Shown here in pieces: positions 21,931-31,604 of a DNA stretch of 64,000 nt. The DNA is from Thermoanaerobaculia bacterium (lineage in GTDB: Bacteria; Acidobacteriota; Thermoanaerobaculia; Multivoradales; JAHEKO01): contig CAMYLC010000021.1 in NCBI GenBank assembly GCA_947259195.1, forward strand, positions 34,148 through 98,147, given 5' to 3'. Both the position numbers and the translations under genes were made by a program. The stretch's first letter is position 1; every line of letters starts with the position of its first letter. The notes below the pieces were generated by a model. It did not search any database, was not told where the DNA came from, and was given only the letters and a program-made list of their open reading frames with translations.

Positions 21931-24900
21931 ATGATCGGAAAGACCGTCACCCACTACGAGATTCAGTCCCAGCTGGGTGCTGGAGGCATGGGAGTCGTCT
22001 ACAAGGCAAAGGACCTTCGGCTGGACCGTCTGGTGGCTCTCAAGTTTCTGCCTCCTCAGTTCGCCTCCACCGAGGCGCTCAAGAGGCGATTCGTCAATGA
22101 AGCGCGGGCTGCCTCGGCGCTCGATCACATCAACATCTGCACCATCCATGAGATCGACGAGAGCGAGGATGGCCAGCTCTTCATCGTCATGGCCCTGTAC
22201 CAGGGTGAGAGCCTGCAGGAGAGGATCCGTCGGGGGCCACTTTCTCCTGCCGAGACGCTGGATATCGGCATCCAGGTGACCGAGGGCCTATCGGCCGCTC
22301 ACGAGAGAGGGATTCTGCATCGGGACATCAAACCCGGGAACATCTTCATTACCGATCGCCAAACGGTGAAGGTCCTGGACTTCGGACTGGCGAAGGTGTC
22401 GGGAGCCACCAAGATCACCCGTTCAGGAACCTCGATGGGCACATTGAGCTATATGCCGCCTGAGCAGCTTCGCGGCGAAGACGCAGATCCACGCTCGGAT
22501 CTGTTCTCCCTCGGTGCGGTCCTCTACGAAATGTTGGTTGGTGAGCCCGCTTTCGGTGGAGACAACGAAGGCGCGGTGTTGAACCGTGTGTTGAATCAGG
22601 AGCCCGCACCACCCTCGAGTCGGCGGCCGGGCATCGCACCGGGTTTCGATCGACTCGTCGGCAGGGCTCTCGCCAAGGATCCCGACCATCGCTATCCGAC
22701 GGCCGTGGACCTGAGATCCGACCTCGAGGCGCTCCAGGTCGAGGCCGCGGATTCCGATGACCAACCCACCCTGCTCGAGGTTCCCGGCGGACCGCCCTCG
22801 ATTGCCTCATCTGAAGCAAGCAGGGACCTCAACACCATCGCCGTGCTCGAGTTCACCAATGTCTCTGGAGACTCGGAGGCCGAGTGGCTGAGCGGCGGTA
22901 TCGCCGAGTCGGTGACTGCGGACCTCAAGAAGGTCGGCTCGCTCAGGGTGGTGGATCGAAGAAGGGTGATGCAGACGCTCGCCTCAGTGCCGAATGGAAT
23001 GGCGGGCGACGAGGACCTAGCTAACGCGGGTAGGTTCCTTGGATCTCGATGGCTTGTCAGCGGTAGCTTCCAGAAGATGGGAGACAGGCTACGAGTGACC
23101 GCCCAATGCCTGGATGTGGCAAGCCAGGCAGTGAAAGCGTCGATCAAGCTGGACGGAACCATGCAGGAGATCTTCAGCCTCCAGGACAAGATCATCACCG
23201 CCATGATGGAGGCTCTCGGGGTTCGGATCAGTGAGTCCGAAGCCCTGGAGATCGAACGTCCCGAAACCTTGGACCTGGAGGCGTACGAGTACTGCGCCAA
23301 AGCGCGACAACTCATCTACAGGATGGGCAAGGAAGATCTGGAGCTGGCTCGGCAGTTCCTGGAAAAGGCGCTGGCGTTGGATCCCGACTACGCGATGGCC
23401 CACTCTTCGCTCGGTCAGCTGCACTCCATGCATTTCATTGCCACTACCGAGCAATCCGATCTCGAGCGCAGCATGGAGGCGCTCGAGCGCGCCGTGCAGC
23501 TCGATCCAGAGCTTGGAGACCCCCATCTCTGGTTGACCTACGTCTACGCCCGCGAGAATCGATTCAACGAGGCGCTGAGAAGTGGTCGGCGGGCCTTGGA
23601 GCTCGAGCCCGACAACCCCATGGCCCACTACTTCCTGGGCGTTTCACTGTGGCTTCGGGCCATTCTCGATCACCAGACAGAGGGCTATGAGGAGGCAACA
23701 AGACACCTCCGACGAACCACTGAAGTGCTTCCCAAGTACCAGTCGGCTTATCAGGTACTGGCGGATATCTGCAGTCGTCGCGGTGAGTACGAAGAGGCTG
23801 AACGGTACCTGAAGACCGCGATGCAGATCGAAGAGTCGGGGGAATTCGACATGGCGAGGTTCGTCGGCTCGCTTGCCCACATGGGACAGCTGGCGCTGCG
23901 GCGAGGGGACCTGGACGCAGCCGAGGATCTATACCTCAGACAGCTGAAGCTCATTGAGGCGACCGATCACGTCTATAGCCCTTCCTACGGTGCCATGACT
24001 CTCTGTTTTCTGGGCGAGATTGCCGAAAGACGGCACCAACACGACTCGGCGCTCGACCACTTTCGGCAGGCCTCCTCTCAGATCTCGACGACTCCCAGGT
24101 CCCTGGGAATCGGCTGGGTAGAGATCCGGGCTCGCCTCGGACGAGCGCGGCTCTTGCGGAGTTTGGATATGCGCCGAGAGGAGGATCAAAGCCTGCAGCA
24201 AGCGCTCGCGCTGTTCCAGGGTCGTGAGGGCTACGATTTCAGCGGCCTCTTCCTACACGGTGACGGGGAATTCTGGGCCGATCTGGCGGCCTATCAGGTG
24301 TCGGCCAGCCGTTCCAAGGAGGCCCTTGCCTCGTTGGAAAAGGCAGTCGAAACTGGCTGGCTGGAGACCGCCCGACTGAAGTGGGATCCGGACCTTCGGC
24401 AGCTGCAGAGCGATTCTGATGCACACACAAGGATCGAGAAGATCCTGGCCCGACGCCAGGAGACAGGTCGACCAAACCACCCATCTCCCGTGTACGAGCT
24501 GTTTGGTGAGTCTCGGAAAGGCGGTGAGACCACCCCAGCTCGCGACGCAACCAGGCCACTGAAGGGTATCGAGGCCCCACCCCGACCTGAATCTCGATCG
24601 AGACACTGGTTGATGGTGATCGCTGCAGTGGCTGTGCTCGTCGTCTGCGGTATCGCGACTCGCCGATGGATTCGAGATCGACACGAGGCAACGGAAACCA
24701 GTGAGACTGCCGTGGTTCGTTCTGGGGAGACATCGGAGCCGGCGGCGAAGCTCGTAGCCAGGCGGGTTCTGGTGGCGCCTTTCGAGAATCGTACGGGCGA
24801 TCCTTCGCTGAGTAGCCTGGGCCTCATGGCCTCTGACTGGATTACACGCGGACTCGCCCAGACCGGGTTGGTGGAAGCGGTGTCGCCGATCACGGCTGTC

Positions 24901-26382
24901 AGCTCCGCCCGCTTTGTCGCGCAGGAAGCTGGAGCGACAGACGAACGAGAGAGGATAGCGGCTCTGGCAGCAGAGACCGGTGCCGGTACCGTGGTTACTG
25001 GAGCCATCTACCGTCAAGGCGAGGAGATTCTGATTGCAGCCCAGGTCACCGATACGATCACAATGCACCTCCTCGGCGCTCTGGAGCCGAGTCGCGCACC
25101 GGTCGGAGAGCCCTTGGTCGCCGTCGAGAATCTGCAATCGCGGATCATGGCCTCGGTGGCAACTCGTCTGGATTCGCGACTCGCCTCGCTCGCGAGACCC
25201 TCTGACTTGCCCAATTACGAGGCCTACAACGAGTACTCCCAGGGGCTGGAGCGATTCATTCTTCTGGACTTCAGGGGTGCAGCGAACCGCTGGACGAGGG
25301 CCAACGCAATGGACTCGTCTTTCATTCGTCCGCTGCTACTCGCTGCCATGGCCTACCTCAATCTCTCAGAGTGGGAGATGGCTTACGGACTCGTTCAGAA
25401 GGTGGTACCCCATCGCAGCTCCCTGTCGGTGTTGGATCAACTTCTCTTGGATCGACTCGTGTCCACCTTCGAGCAAGACTTTGAAGGGGCTCTTGCGGCA
25501 ATGCGTCGCTCGGCAGAGCTGAATCCCCAGGGCCCCGGAGCCTTCGATGCAGGAGCTTTGGCCCTGATCACGAATCGTCCTCGCGAGGCAGTAGAGCGGC
25601 TCGAAGCCATCGACTTCGAGCGAGGGTTCTACCGAGGATTTGCTCCCTACTGGCACTTTCTAACGGAGGCTTATCACCTTCTCGGAGATCATGCAGAGGA
25701 GATCGAGAGGGCGCGCCGGGCTCGGGAGCTATACCCGAGTAATCTGTCCGCCGTCTGGTGGGAGGCACGAGCGCGTGTCGCCTTGGGTGATTTCGAGACA
25801 GTCAGGGACCTGATAGGAGTAGACCGTGGCTACGGCGTGTTCGACAAGACAGCCGGCTCTGTGAGGATCGCGTCTGCCGGTGAGCTGGAGGCCCACGGCT
25901 ATCCGGAAGAGGCAGTGGAGATCGCGGAAGCAGCGGTGGACTGGTACAACGTCCGCCTCGAGACCGAAGGAGCAGATCGTGTAGCGCGCGCCGGCAGAGC
26001 CGAAGCCCTATTTGCAGGGGGAAGGTGGAAGGAGGCCGAAGAAGAGTTTGTGAAGCTCGCCGCGGACGACCCCGACGACCTGACCACCAGGGGTTACCTG
26101 GGTTTACTGGCGGCAGGCCGGGGTGACAGCGTCACTGCCCAGGAAGTCTCGAGCTGGTTCGAACAGTTGGACCGACCCTACCTGTGGGGAGCGCCCTACT
26201 ACTGGCGAGCGGCCATCGCAGCCTGGAGTGGAGACATGGACCGTGCACTGCAGCTATTCCGCGATTCAGCGGCTCACGGCCGGGCTCTGGCCGGCGCGGT
26301 CCCTCCTCCCCATTCCGACCTTGTTCTGCGGCCGCTCTGGGACTACCCGCCGTTCCAGAAGTTCATCAAGCCGAAAGGGTAG
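21931..26382 (+). CDS. Hanks-type Ser/Thr kinase with two TolB_N-like/TPR modules separated by a TM helix
   Basis: LGAGGMGVVY, VALK, HRDIKPGN, DFG, YMPPE; IAVLEFTNVSGD module plus TPRs; TM WLMVIAAVAVLVVCGIA; second VLVAPFENRTGD module plus TPRs. Confidence 0.92.
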   Translation: MIGKTVTHYEIQSQLGAGGMGVVYKAKDLRLDRLVALKFLPPQFASTEALKRRFVNEARAASALDHINICTIHEIDESEDGQLFIVMALYQGESLQERIRRGPLSPAETLDIGIQVTEGLSAAHERGILHRDIKPGNIFITDRQTVKVLDFGLAKVSGATKITRSGTSMGTLSYMPPEQLRGEDADPRSDLFSLGAVLYEMLVGEPAFGGDNEGAVLNRVLNQEPAPPSSRRPGIAPGFDRLVGRALAKDPDHRYPTAVDLRSDLEALQVEAADSDDQPTLLEVPGGPPSIASSEASRDLNTIAVLEFTNVSGDSEAEWLSGGIAESVTADLKKVGSLRVVDRRRVMQTLASVPNGMAGDEDLANAGRFLGSRWLVSGSFQKMGDRLRVTAQCLDVASQAVKASIKLDGTMQEIFSLQDKIITAMMEALGVRISESEALEIERPETLDLEAYEYCAKARQLIYRMGKEDLELARQFLEKALALDPDYAMAHSSLGQLHSMHFIATTEQSDLERSMEALERAVQLDPELGDPHLWLTYVYARENRFNEALRSGRRALELEPDNPMAHYFLGVSLWLRAILDHQTEGYEEATRHLRRTTEVLPKYQSAYQVLADICSRRGEYEEAERYLKTAMQIEESGEFDMARFVGSLAHMGQLALRRGDLDAAEDLYLRQLKLIEATDHVYSPSYGAMTLCFLGEIAERRHQHDSALDHFRQASSQISTTPRSLGIGWVEIRARLGRARLLRSLDMRREEDQSLQQALALFQGREGYDFSGLFLHGDGEFWADLAAYQVSASRSKEALASLEKAVETGWLETARLKWDPDLRQLQSDSDAHTRIEKILARRQETGRPNHPSPVYELFGESRKGGETTPARDATRPLKGIEAPPRPESRSRHWLMVIAAVAVLVVCGIATRRWIRDRHEATETSETAVVRSGETSEPAAKLVARRVLVAPFENRTGDPSLSSLGLMASDWITRGLAQTGLVEAVSPITAVSSARFVAQEAGATDERERIAALAAETGAGTVVTGAIYRQGEEILIAAQVTDTITMHLLGALEPSRAPVGEPLVAVENLQSRIMASVATRLDSRLASLARPSDLPNYEAYNEYSQGLERFILLDFRGAANRWTRANAMDSSFIRPLLLAAMAYLNLSEWEMAYGLVQKVVPHRSSLSVLDQLLLDRLVSTFEQDFEGALAAMRRSAELNPQGPGAFDAGALALITNRPREAVERLEAIDFERGFYRGFAPYWHFLTEAYHLLGDHAEEIERARRARELYPSNLSAVWWEARARVALGDFETVRDLIGVDRGYGVFDKTAGSVRIASAGELEAHGYPEEAVEIAEAAVDWYNVRLETEGADRVARAGRAEALFAGGRWKEAEEEFVKLAADDPDDLTTRGYLGLLAAGRGDSVTAQEVSSWFEQLDRPYLWGAPYYWRAAIAAWSGDMDRALQLFRDSAAHGRALAGAVPPPHSDLVLRPLWDYPPFQKFIKPKG

Positions 26383-26415
26383 TGGGGCAGAGGAGTGTCG
26401 AGGGTTCGCTGAGAG

Positions 26416-27420
26416 TCAAGTGTCCGTGGTTTCAGTGGCTTTTGCCAATGCGGCTGCTGTGTCCTTGGCGGGCCTCTTCAAGAAGCGCTGGCGGTGGAAC
26501 TCGATATCGGTGAGCCACTGCATGCAGCTCCCCGATCCACTGGCGTAGCCGACCATCTCGCCGAGACCATCAAAGGCCAGCAGCACCATCAGCGTCGGGA
26601 GAACTCGCAGCAAGAGACCCGACCGGCCGGAGTTGACGAGGGTTCGGGCTAAGCGCCAAGACCGGACCAGGGGAATCAAGGGCGAAGCCAAAGTGTAGAG
26701 GAGACGCTTTGCGAACGACCAACCACGAGCCCGGTTTGCGGCGAACAGGCGGCCACCGCAGAAACGTAGCTTGATGGAGGGTCGGAAGAGCGTGAAGTTG
26801 AGGTGAATCATGCCGGCTTTTGGCTCGAGGTAGAATCGCTGCCCGCGGTCCGCTAGATCCCACTGCATGGCGCTCTCTGCTTCCAAAATGTCAGGTAGGC
26901 GGTCGCCATAGGTCAGTAGGAGGTCTTTCTTGTAGCTGCTGTTGTGGCCCCCGATGTGGTGGATCTCGCCTCCTCTCTCGGGGTCGATCCAGTCGCCGTA
27001 CTCGATGATGAAGTTGGCCCAGGAGAGGATGCTCTCTGGGTTGGCGTTCGAAAACAGCGCTCCCACACCTCCCCAGGGCTCGGCATGCCTTGCAATGAGC
27101 GCCTCGGCCCATCCGCGGGCCGGAAAGCAGTGATCCTCGGTCAGGGCGACGATCGGTGCCGAGGCCGCTCTGATTCCGGCGGCCCGCATCTCAGAGGAGG
27201 AGTCCGTCCTGTCCGCTTCGATGAATTGCCATCGGGCGAAGTCGGAGAAATCCTCTGGATCCAAATCGGTGCCCATGGAGCGTGGGCCGACAACGACGAT
27301 CTCCAGTTGGTCGCGAACGGTTTGTCGGCGAAGAGCTGTGGCTGTCGTCCGGATGGTCTCGAAGGAGTCCGGGGAGATCATCACTACAGACAGTACAGTT
27401 TCCTTTTGGCTCTCAGTCAT
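26416..27420 (-). CDS. Family 2 glycosyltransferase with C-terminal membrane segments
   Basis: LSVVM, LRRQT, RAAGIRAASAPIVALTEDH, NSSYKK; hydrophobic C-terminus; start MTESQ at 27420. Confidence 0.75.
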   Translation of the reverse strand: MTESQKETVLSVVMISPDSFETIRTTATALRRQTVRDQLEIVVVGPRSMGTDLDPEDFSDFARWQFIEADRTDSSSEMRAAGIRAASAPIVALTEDHCFPARGWAEALIARHAEPWGGVGALFSNANPESILSWANFIIEYGDWIDPERGGEIHHIGGHNSSYKKDLLLTYGDRLPDILEAESAMQWDLADRGQRFYLEPKAGMIHLNFTLFRPSIKLRFCGGRLFAANRARGWSFAKRLLYTLASPLIPLVRSWRLARTLVNSGRSGLLLRVLPTLMVLLAFDGLGEMVGYASGSGSCMQWLTDIEFHRQRFLKRPAKDTAAALAKATETTDT

Positions 27421-27612
27421 GGCTCTCCGGTCAGATCCAGGGCGAGCGCGGCGGGGCACCGCACCCCTGCGGCACGCTCGTATCCGACACTCATCACCCT
27501 GTACAATCGCCGCAACTTTCGGGGATTGATGTGGCAGCCGCATTATGGGGCAGACAGTCATGAGCGGCAAGCAGGAACCGGAACGGGACGCGGGACAGCC
27601 GGAGTAGGATGA

Positions 27613-28842
27613 ATGTCAATCAGGATCAAAGCAGCTTTGTGGGTACGGCAGACGATTGCGTTGGGTCTGCTGGGTGTGGCTTTGGTCTCTTGCTCTCCGG
27701 CCGAAGAGGAACCTCTTGTCGAGTCCTCGAATCCTCTGTTTGTGGATCCGACATCCCGGGATTTCTCTGGCAATCCGGAGCTACTGGAGAGGATTGTCGA
27801 GAGCCCCCACGGCTATCTTCGATTCATCAATATCCAGTTCACGGAAGAGGTGTGTCGACAGTTCGCGGACAGCCTGTCCCAGTACCCTCCCTTCAACCTG
27901 CATGGCGATGCCCACCTGGAGCAGTATGCGGTGACCGATCTGGGTCGTGGGCTGACCGATTTCGACGACTCCTCCAGTGGACCGGCTGTCGTGGATCTGG
28001 TGCGGCTTGGCGTCTCGTTGCGACTGGCCGTCGCCGCCCATGGATGGAACGATCGGGCCGATGAGCTGTTCGAGGTATTCTTGAGCGGCTATCGGGCCGC
28101 GCTGGACGACTCGTCGACGGTGGCACCCGAGCCGGCCGTCGTGGCGCGCCTGCAGGACGATTTCGAGTATGACCGACGCAAGTACTTCGAGTGGGTCGAG
28201 GGGATCTCGGATCCAGTTCCCGAATCGGAGCAGGTCGAGCTTGTGGAGGCCATGCGGCACTACTTCGACAACCTGCGGGCCCAGTATCCGAGCCTGGATG
28301 CCGACTTTCTGAAGGTGGAGCGTGTCGGTTATCTCAAGCTGGGGATCGGCAGCGCGTTGGACACCAAGTACCTGGTCCAGATCCGTGGTGAGAGCGATGC
28401 CATCACAGACGACCTGGTGCTCGAGCTTAAGCAGGTTCGCGATCTGGCTGGTATCGAGTGTGTTGCGGCGGGTCTGGGGTCGGACCCCTACCGGATCCTG
28501 GTTGGCCAGTCCATCGCCTATCAGCCCTATTCCATGCTGGGCTACGTGTACTTTCGCGATGCATCCTTCTGGGCTCACGCCTGGGTCGACAACTACCGAG
28601 AGTTGGATATCGACAGGTCGATCGAAACGATTGAAGAGCTTCGGGACGTGGCCTACGACGTCGGGGTGCAGTTGGGGCTAGGACATCCCAACCAGTACAA
28701 GGCGGCATTGGCGCTGCAGCTTCGCCGCGAGCAGATTCGCCTGCTGGATCGAGACGAAGCCCAGATCAAGGAAGCTTCCAGAGCGCTCGCCGAGCAAGTA
28801 GAGCGGGCTTGGAGCGACTTCGCCTCACGGTCCCGCCTTTAG
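27613..28842 (+). CDS. DUF2252-family kinase-fold lipoprotein
   Basis: Lipobox VALVS-C; HGDAHLEQY and LTDFDD, GIGS, LVLELKQ. Confidence 0.72.
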   Translation: MSIRIKAALWVRQTIALGLLGVALVSCSPAEEEPLVESSNPLFVDPTSRDFSGNPELLERIVESPHGYLRFINIQFTEEVCRQFADSLSQYPPFNLHGDAHLEQYAVTDLGRGLTDFDDSSSGPAVVDLVRLGVSLRLAVAAHGWNDRADELFEVFLSGYRAALDDSSTVAPEPAVVARLQDDFEYDRRKYFEWVEGISDPVPESEQVELVEAMRHYFDNLRAQYPSLDADFLKVERVGYLKLGIGSALDTKYLVQIRGESDAITDDLVLELKQVRDLAGIECVAAGLGSDPYRILVGQSIAYQPYSMLGYVYFRDASFWAHAWVDNYRELDIDRSIETIEELRDVAYDVGVQLGLGHPNQYKAALALQLRREQIRLLDRDEAQIKEASRALAEQVERAWSDFASRSRL

Positions 28843-28918
28843 CCTCCTAGTCGTTCGACGAGTAGACGGAGCAGGGAGGGACTGATTCCTCGTCGATATC
28901 CGGGTCGTTGGTCCCGAG

Positions 28919-30226
28919 TCACTCGACCAGGTGAACGCCCTCTGCCTTCGGAGAGAGGGATATGGCTTGCGGGAGATGCCGTCCTTCCAGCCAGACGATT
29001 CGCTGTCGGTTCAGTTGCTTCGCAAGGTCGTGGTAGGCGGTGGTCAGCTTCTGGCGGCTCGAAATGTCGACGGCAGGCCCCCAGGAGGCGATTTGCTTCA
29101 CCCCTCGAATCGGACTCCAGAGGACCACCGGCACATGAAGTCGGCGCAGGAAGGGAAGGACCGTTTCGGCGGACAACTGGCTGCGGTCGTCGGGCTCGGC
29201 AGAGGCGATAACGACGACCACTCGGCGGCGACCAGACTGGGCGGCCGCCATGCCGGCGACCGCGATGGCGTCGGCGAGTCGGAGTCCTTGGGACTCGGCC
29301 ATGCTTGGCACGACGGATGAGAACAGCCACAGGAGGGCTCCATCTTCACGCGTGAACGGTCCGATGGGCGGGAATAGCTGATATTGATAGCCATCACGTT
29401 CGATCTGTCGCGCCAAAGGAGTGATGAACCGGATGCTGTGGTCTTTCTTGAGCGGCAGGTCGAGGGTCGGCGCAGGAAGCGTGCGGAAGGGTTGGTACTT
29501 GCTGGCGCGTGGGTAGAGCTTGCGCATGGTCTCGACGCTGGCCACATCTCTGACGACTACGATATCGACCTGACTCTCTTCGACCGCCTTGACCGTAAGG
29601 GCCCCGTCCCTGTCGAGAAACCAGTCTTGCATGTCTGCCAGAGGTGGCAACTTCTTGGGGCGATCGAGCAGCACCGGTACAGCGGTGAGCTCCGTGTCTA
29701 CCTCGTCGGAGTAGGGTCCTCCAAAGATGGCCTCGGCCGCTGCCCGAAGTGTCTCGGAGAACTGCAGCTCGACGCGCAGAAGGTGTGCTTGATCGGGGCC
29801 GGTCGAAGGCAGATCGAATTGCCTCGGATCCTCGACCTCCAGGGGCTCGCCGTCCAGCTCTATGCGGAAGGACGTTGGCTCGAGCTGCTCTGCAACGCTC
29901 TCCCAGGCGACCTGGGCTTGCAAGCCGTCTCCGTCCTGTCCGGGGCTGACGAGGAGCGAGACCTCGGTTTGCTGAGTAGAGACGTTGACCCACTGCTCTA
30001 CGCGGTCGATCTCCTCTCCCTCCCCATCATAGGCCACCGCCTGTAGGAAGTGCGGTGCGAGCTCTTCGCCGAGCTCGACGGTCAGATGCCAAGGCGGTTC
30101 GCTGAGGCGGCCAACGATCTGACGGTCGAGGTAGATCTCGATGACTTCTACTTGTTCGTGCACGAGGAATCCGACCTGTTGAGGCCCGAAGACCAGCCCG
30201 AGAAGCAGTGTGGCAAACTCGATCAT
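28919..30226 (-). CDS. Hypothetical Ig-like plus VWA-like protein
   Basis: 435-aa ORF with host-like codon usage; N-terminal beta-rich segment and C-terminal alpha/beta segment (LADAIAVAG...RRVVVVI) resemble parts of the 49124-52300 VWA protein. Confidence 0.55.
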   Translation of the reverse strand: MIEFATLLLGLVFGPQQVGFLVHEQVEVIEIYLDRQIVGRLSEPPWHLTVELGEELAPHFLQAVAYDGEGEEIDRVEQWVNVSTQQTEVSLLVSPGQDGDGLQAQVAWESVAEQLEPTSFRIELDGEPLEVEDPRQFDLPSTGPDQAHLLRVELQFSETLRAAAEAIFGGPYSDEVDTELTAVPVLLDRPKKLPPLADMQDWFLDRDGALTVKAVEESQVDIVVVRDVASVETMRKLYPRASKYQPFRTLPAPTLDLPLKKDHSIRFITPLARQIERDGYQYQLFPPIGPFTREDGALLWLFSSVVPSMAESQGLRLADAIAVAGMAAAQSGRRRVVVVIASAEPDDRSQLSAETVLPFLRRLHVPVVLWSPIRGVKQIASWGPAVDISSRQKLTTAYHDLAKQLNRQRIVWLEGRHLPQAISLSPKAEGVHLVE

Positions 30227-30439
30227 CGGAAGGACATCTCTCTCTTACGCCTCGCTAGCGAGAAATCACGACCCGTCGATCCTGTGCGCTTTCGCCGTGT
30301 ACGATCCGAAGTCTACTCGCTCTATTCGCAGAATCGTTGCCGCTGGGGCAAGAACGTACAGCTTGGTGGCCGAAGGGCGTAGGATAGAGAAGCGTATAGA
30401 GGACAGGGCGGACAGGTCGTCGAGCAAGAAGAGTTGACG

Positions 30440-31510
30440 ATGCGACGAGTGAGGTTTCGAGCGCTTTGGGTGGGTGTGATTGCCTGTGTCACGGCATCGG
30501 CAATAAGTTGCTCGCCTGCCGTCGACGAGCCCGTCGTCGAAGCTCGAGGCGAGCAGTTCTACGAGCTGACAGGCGACTACCTGGGGCAGGAGCTGCCGGG
30601 CCTGACTCCCAAGCTCTTCGCTCCCGGCATCGTCTCCACCGGACTGTCGGAGCGAGATATGGCCATCACTCCCGACGGCAACGAGATCTACTACTCTGGC
30701 GTGGTCGGGGCCAATCACAACTTCAGTGCCATCCTCGTGGTGAAACGCGTCGAGGGTCGGTGGTCGAAGCCAGAAGTGGCCCCCTTTTCAGGCCACTTCA
30801 TGGACCTCGAGCCGGCGATCTCACCGGACGGGCAGCGGTTCTTCTTCCTCTCGAATCGTCCGCTGCCCGGCGCCGAGGAATCGTTGGGAGGCGAGGATAT
30901 CTGGGTCATGGAGCGAACCGCAGAGGGCTGGGGCGCGCCGTCGAATCTGGGCCCACCAGTCAACTCCGAGGCGCCCGAGTTTTTCCCTTCTGTGACCAGG
31001 GACGGAACCCTGTACTTCACGCGTCGAGGCGAGGGCCGCAGCGAGATGATCTTCCGGTCGCGCTGGGTGGATGGTGCCTATTCCGAACCTGAAGAGCTCG
31101 GTTCGGAGGTGAACTCCGGGCAGACCCAGTTCAACGCTTTCATCGCGCCCGATGAGAGTTACCTGGTGGTGTGCGTTTGGGGGCGTGACGATAGCCTCGG
31201 CGGGGTCGATTACTACGTGGTATTCCGTTCCCCCGACGATGTGTGGTCGGCGCCCATCAACCTGGGTGAAGGGATCAGCATGGTCGAGGGCGCGGAGTGG
31301 TCACCCTACGTGTCGCCCGACGGCAGGTACTTCTTCTTCATGTCTTCGCGCGCCACGATCCAGGAAGGGCACTCGCCCGAAAGGCTCGACTACGAGGACA
31401 TGCAACGACTGCACGCTCTGCCGATGAACGGAAACTCCGATATCTGGTGGGTGGATGCCGAGGTGATCGCCCGGCTGAGGCCAGAAGCGGAACCTGCGAG
31501 TGCGCCCTGA
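30440..31510 (+). CDS. Lipoprotein with PD40 (WD40-like) beta-propeller repeats
   Basis: SAIS-C lipobox; LFAPGIVST; repeated ITPDGNEIYY, ISPDGQRFFFLSNR, NLGPPVNS, VSPDGRYFFFMS. Confidence 0.82.
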   Translation: MRRVRFRALWVGVIACVTASAISCSPAVDEPVVEARGEQFYELTGDYLGQELPGLTPKLFAPGIVSTGLSERDMAITPDGNEIYYSGVVGANHNFSAILVVKRVEGRWSKPEVAPFSGHFMDLEPAISPDGQRFFFLSNRPLPGAEESLGGEDIWVMERTAEGWGAPSNLGPPVNSEAPEFFPSVTRDGTLYFTRRGEGRSEMIFRSRWVDGAYSEPEELGSEVNSGQTQFNAFIAPDESYLVVCVWGRDDSLGGVDYYVVFRSPDDVWSAPINLGEGISMVEGAEWSPYVSPDGRYFFFMSSRATIQEGHSPERLDYEDMQRLHALPMNGNSDIWWVDAEVIARLRPEAEPASAP

Positions 31511-31604
31511 GGGGACTGGGCGTCGGCGCCCCATGGCATCACTCGATACGCTGGTTGGTGGAAGAATAGGTGGACGGTAGGAATATCTTGGAATTGAGCC
31601 CGGC

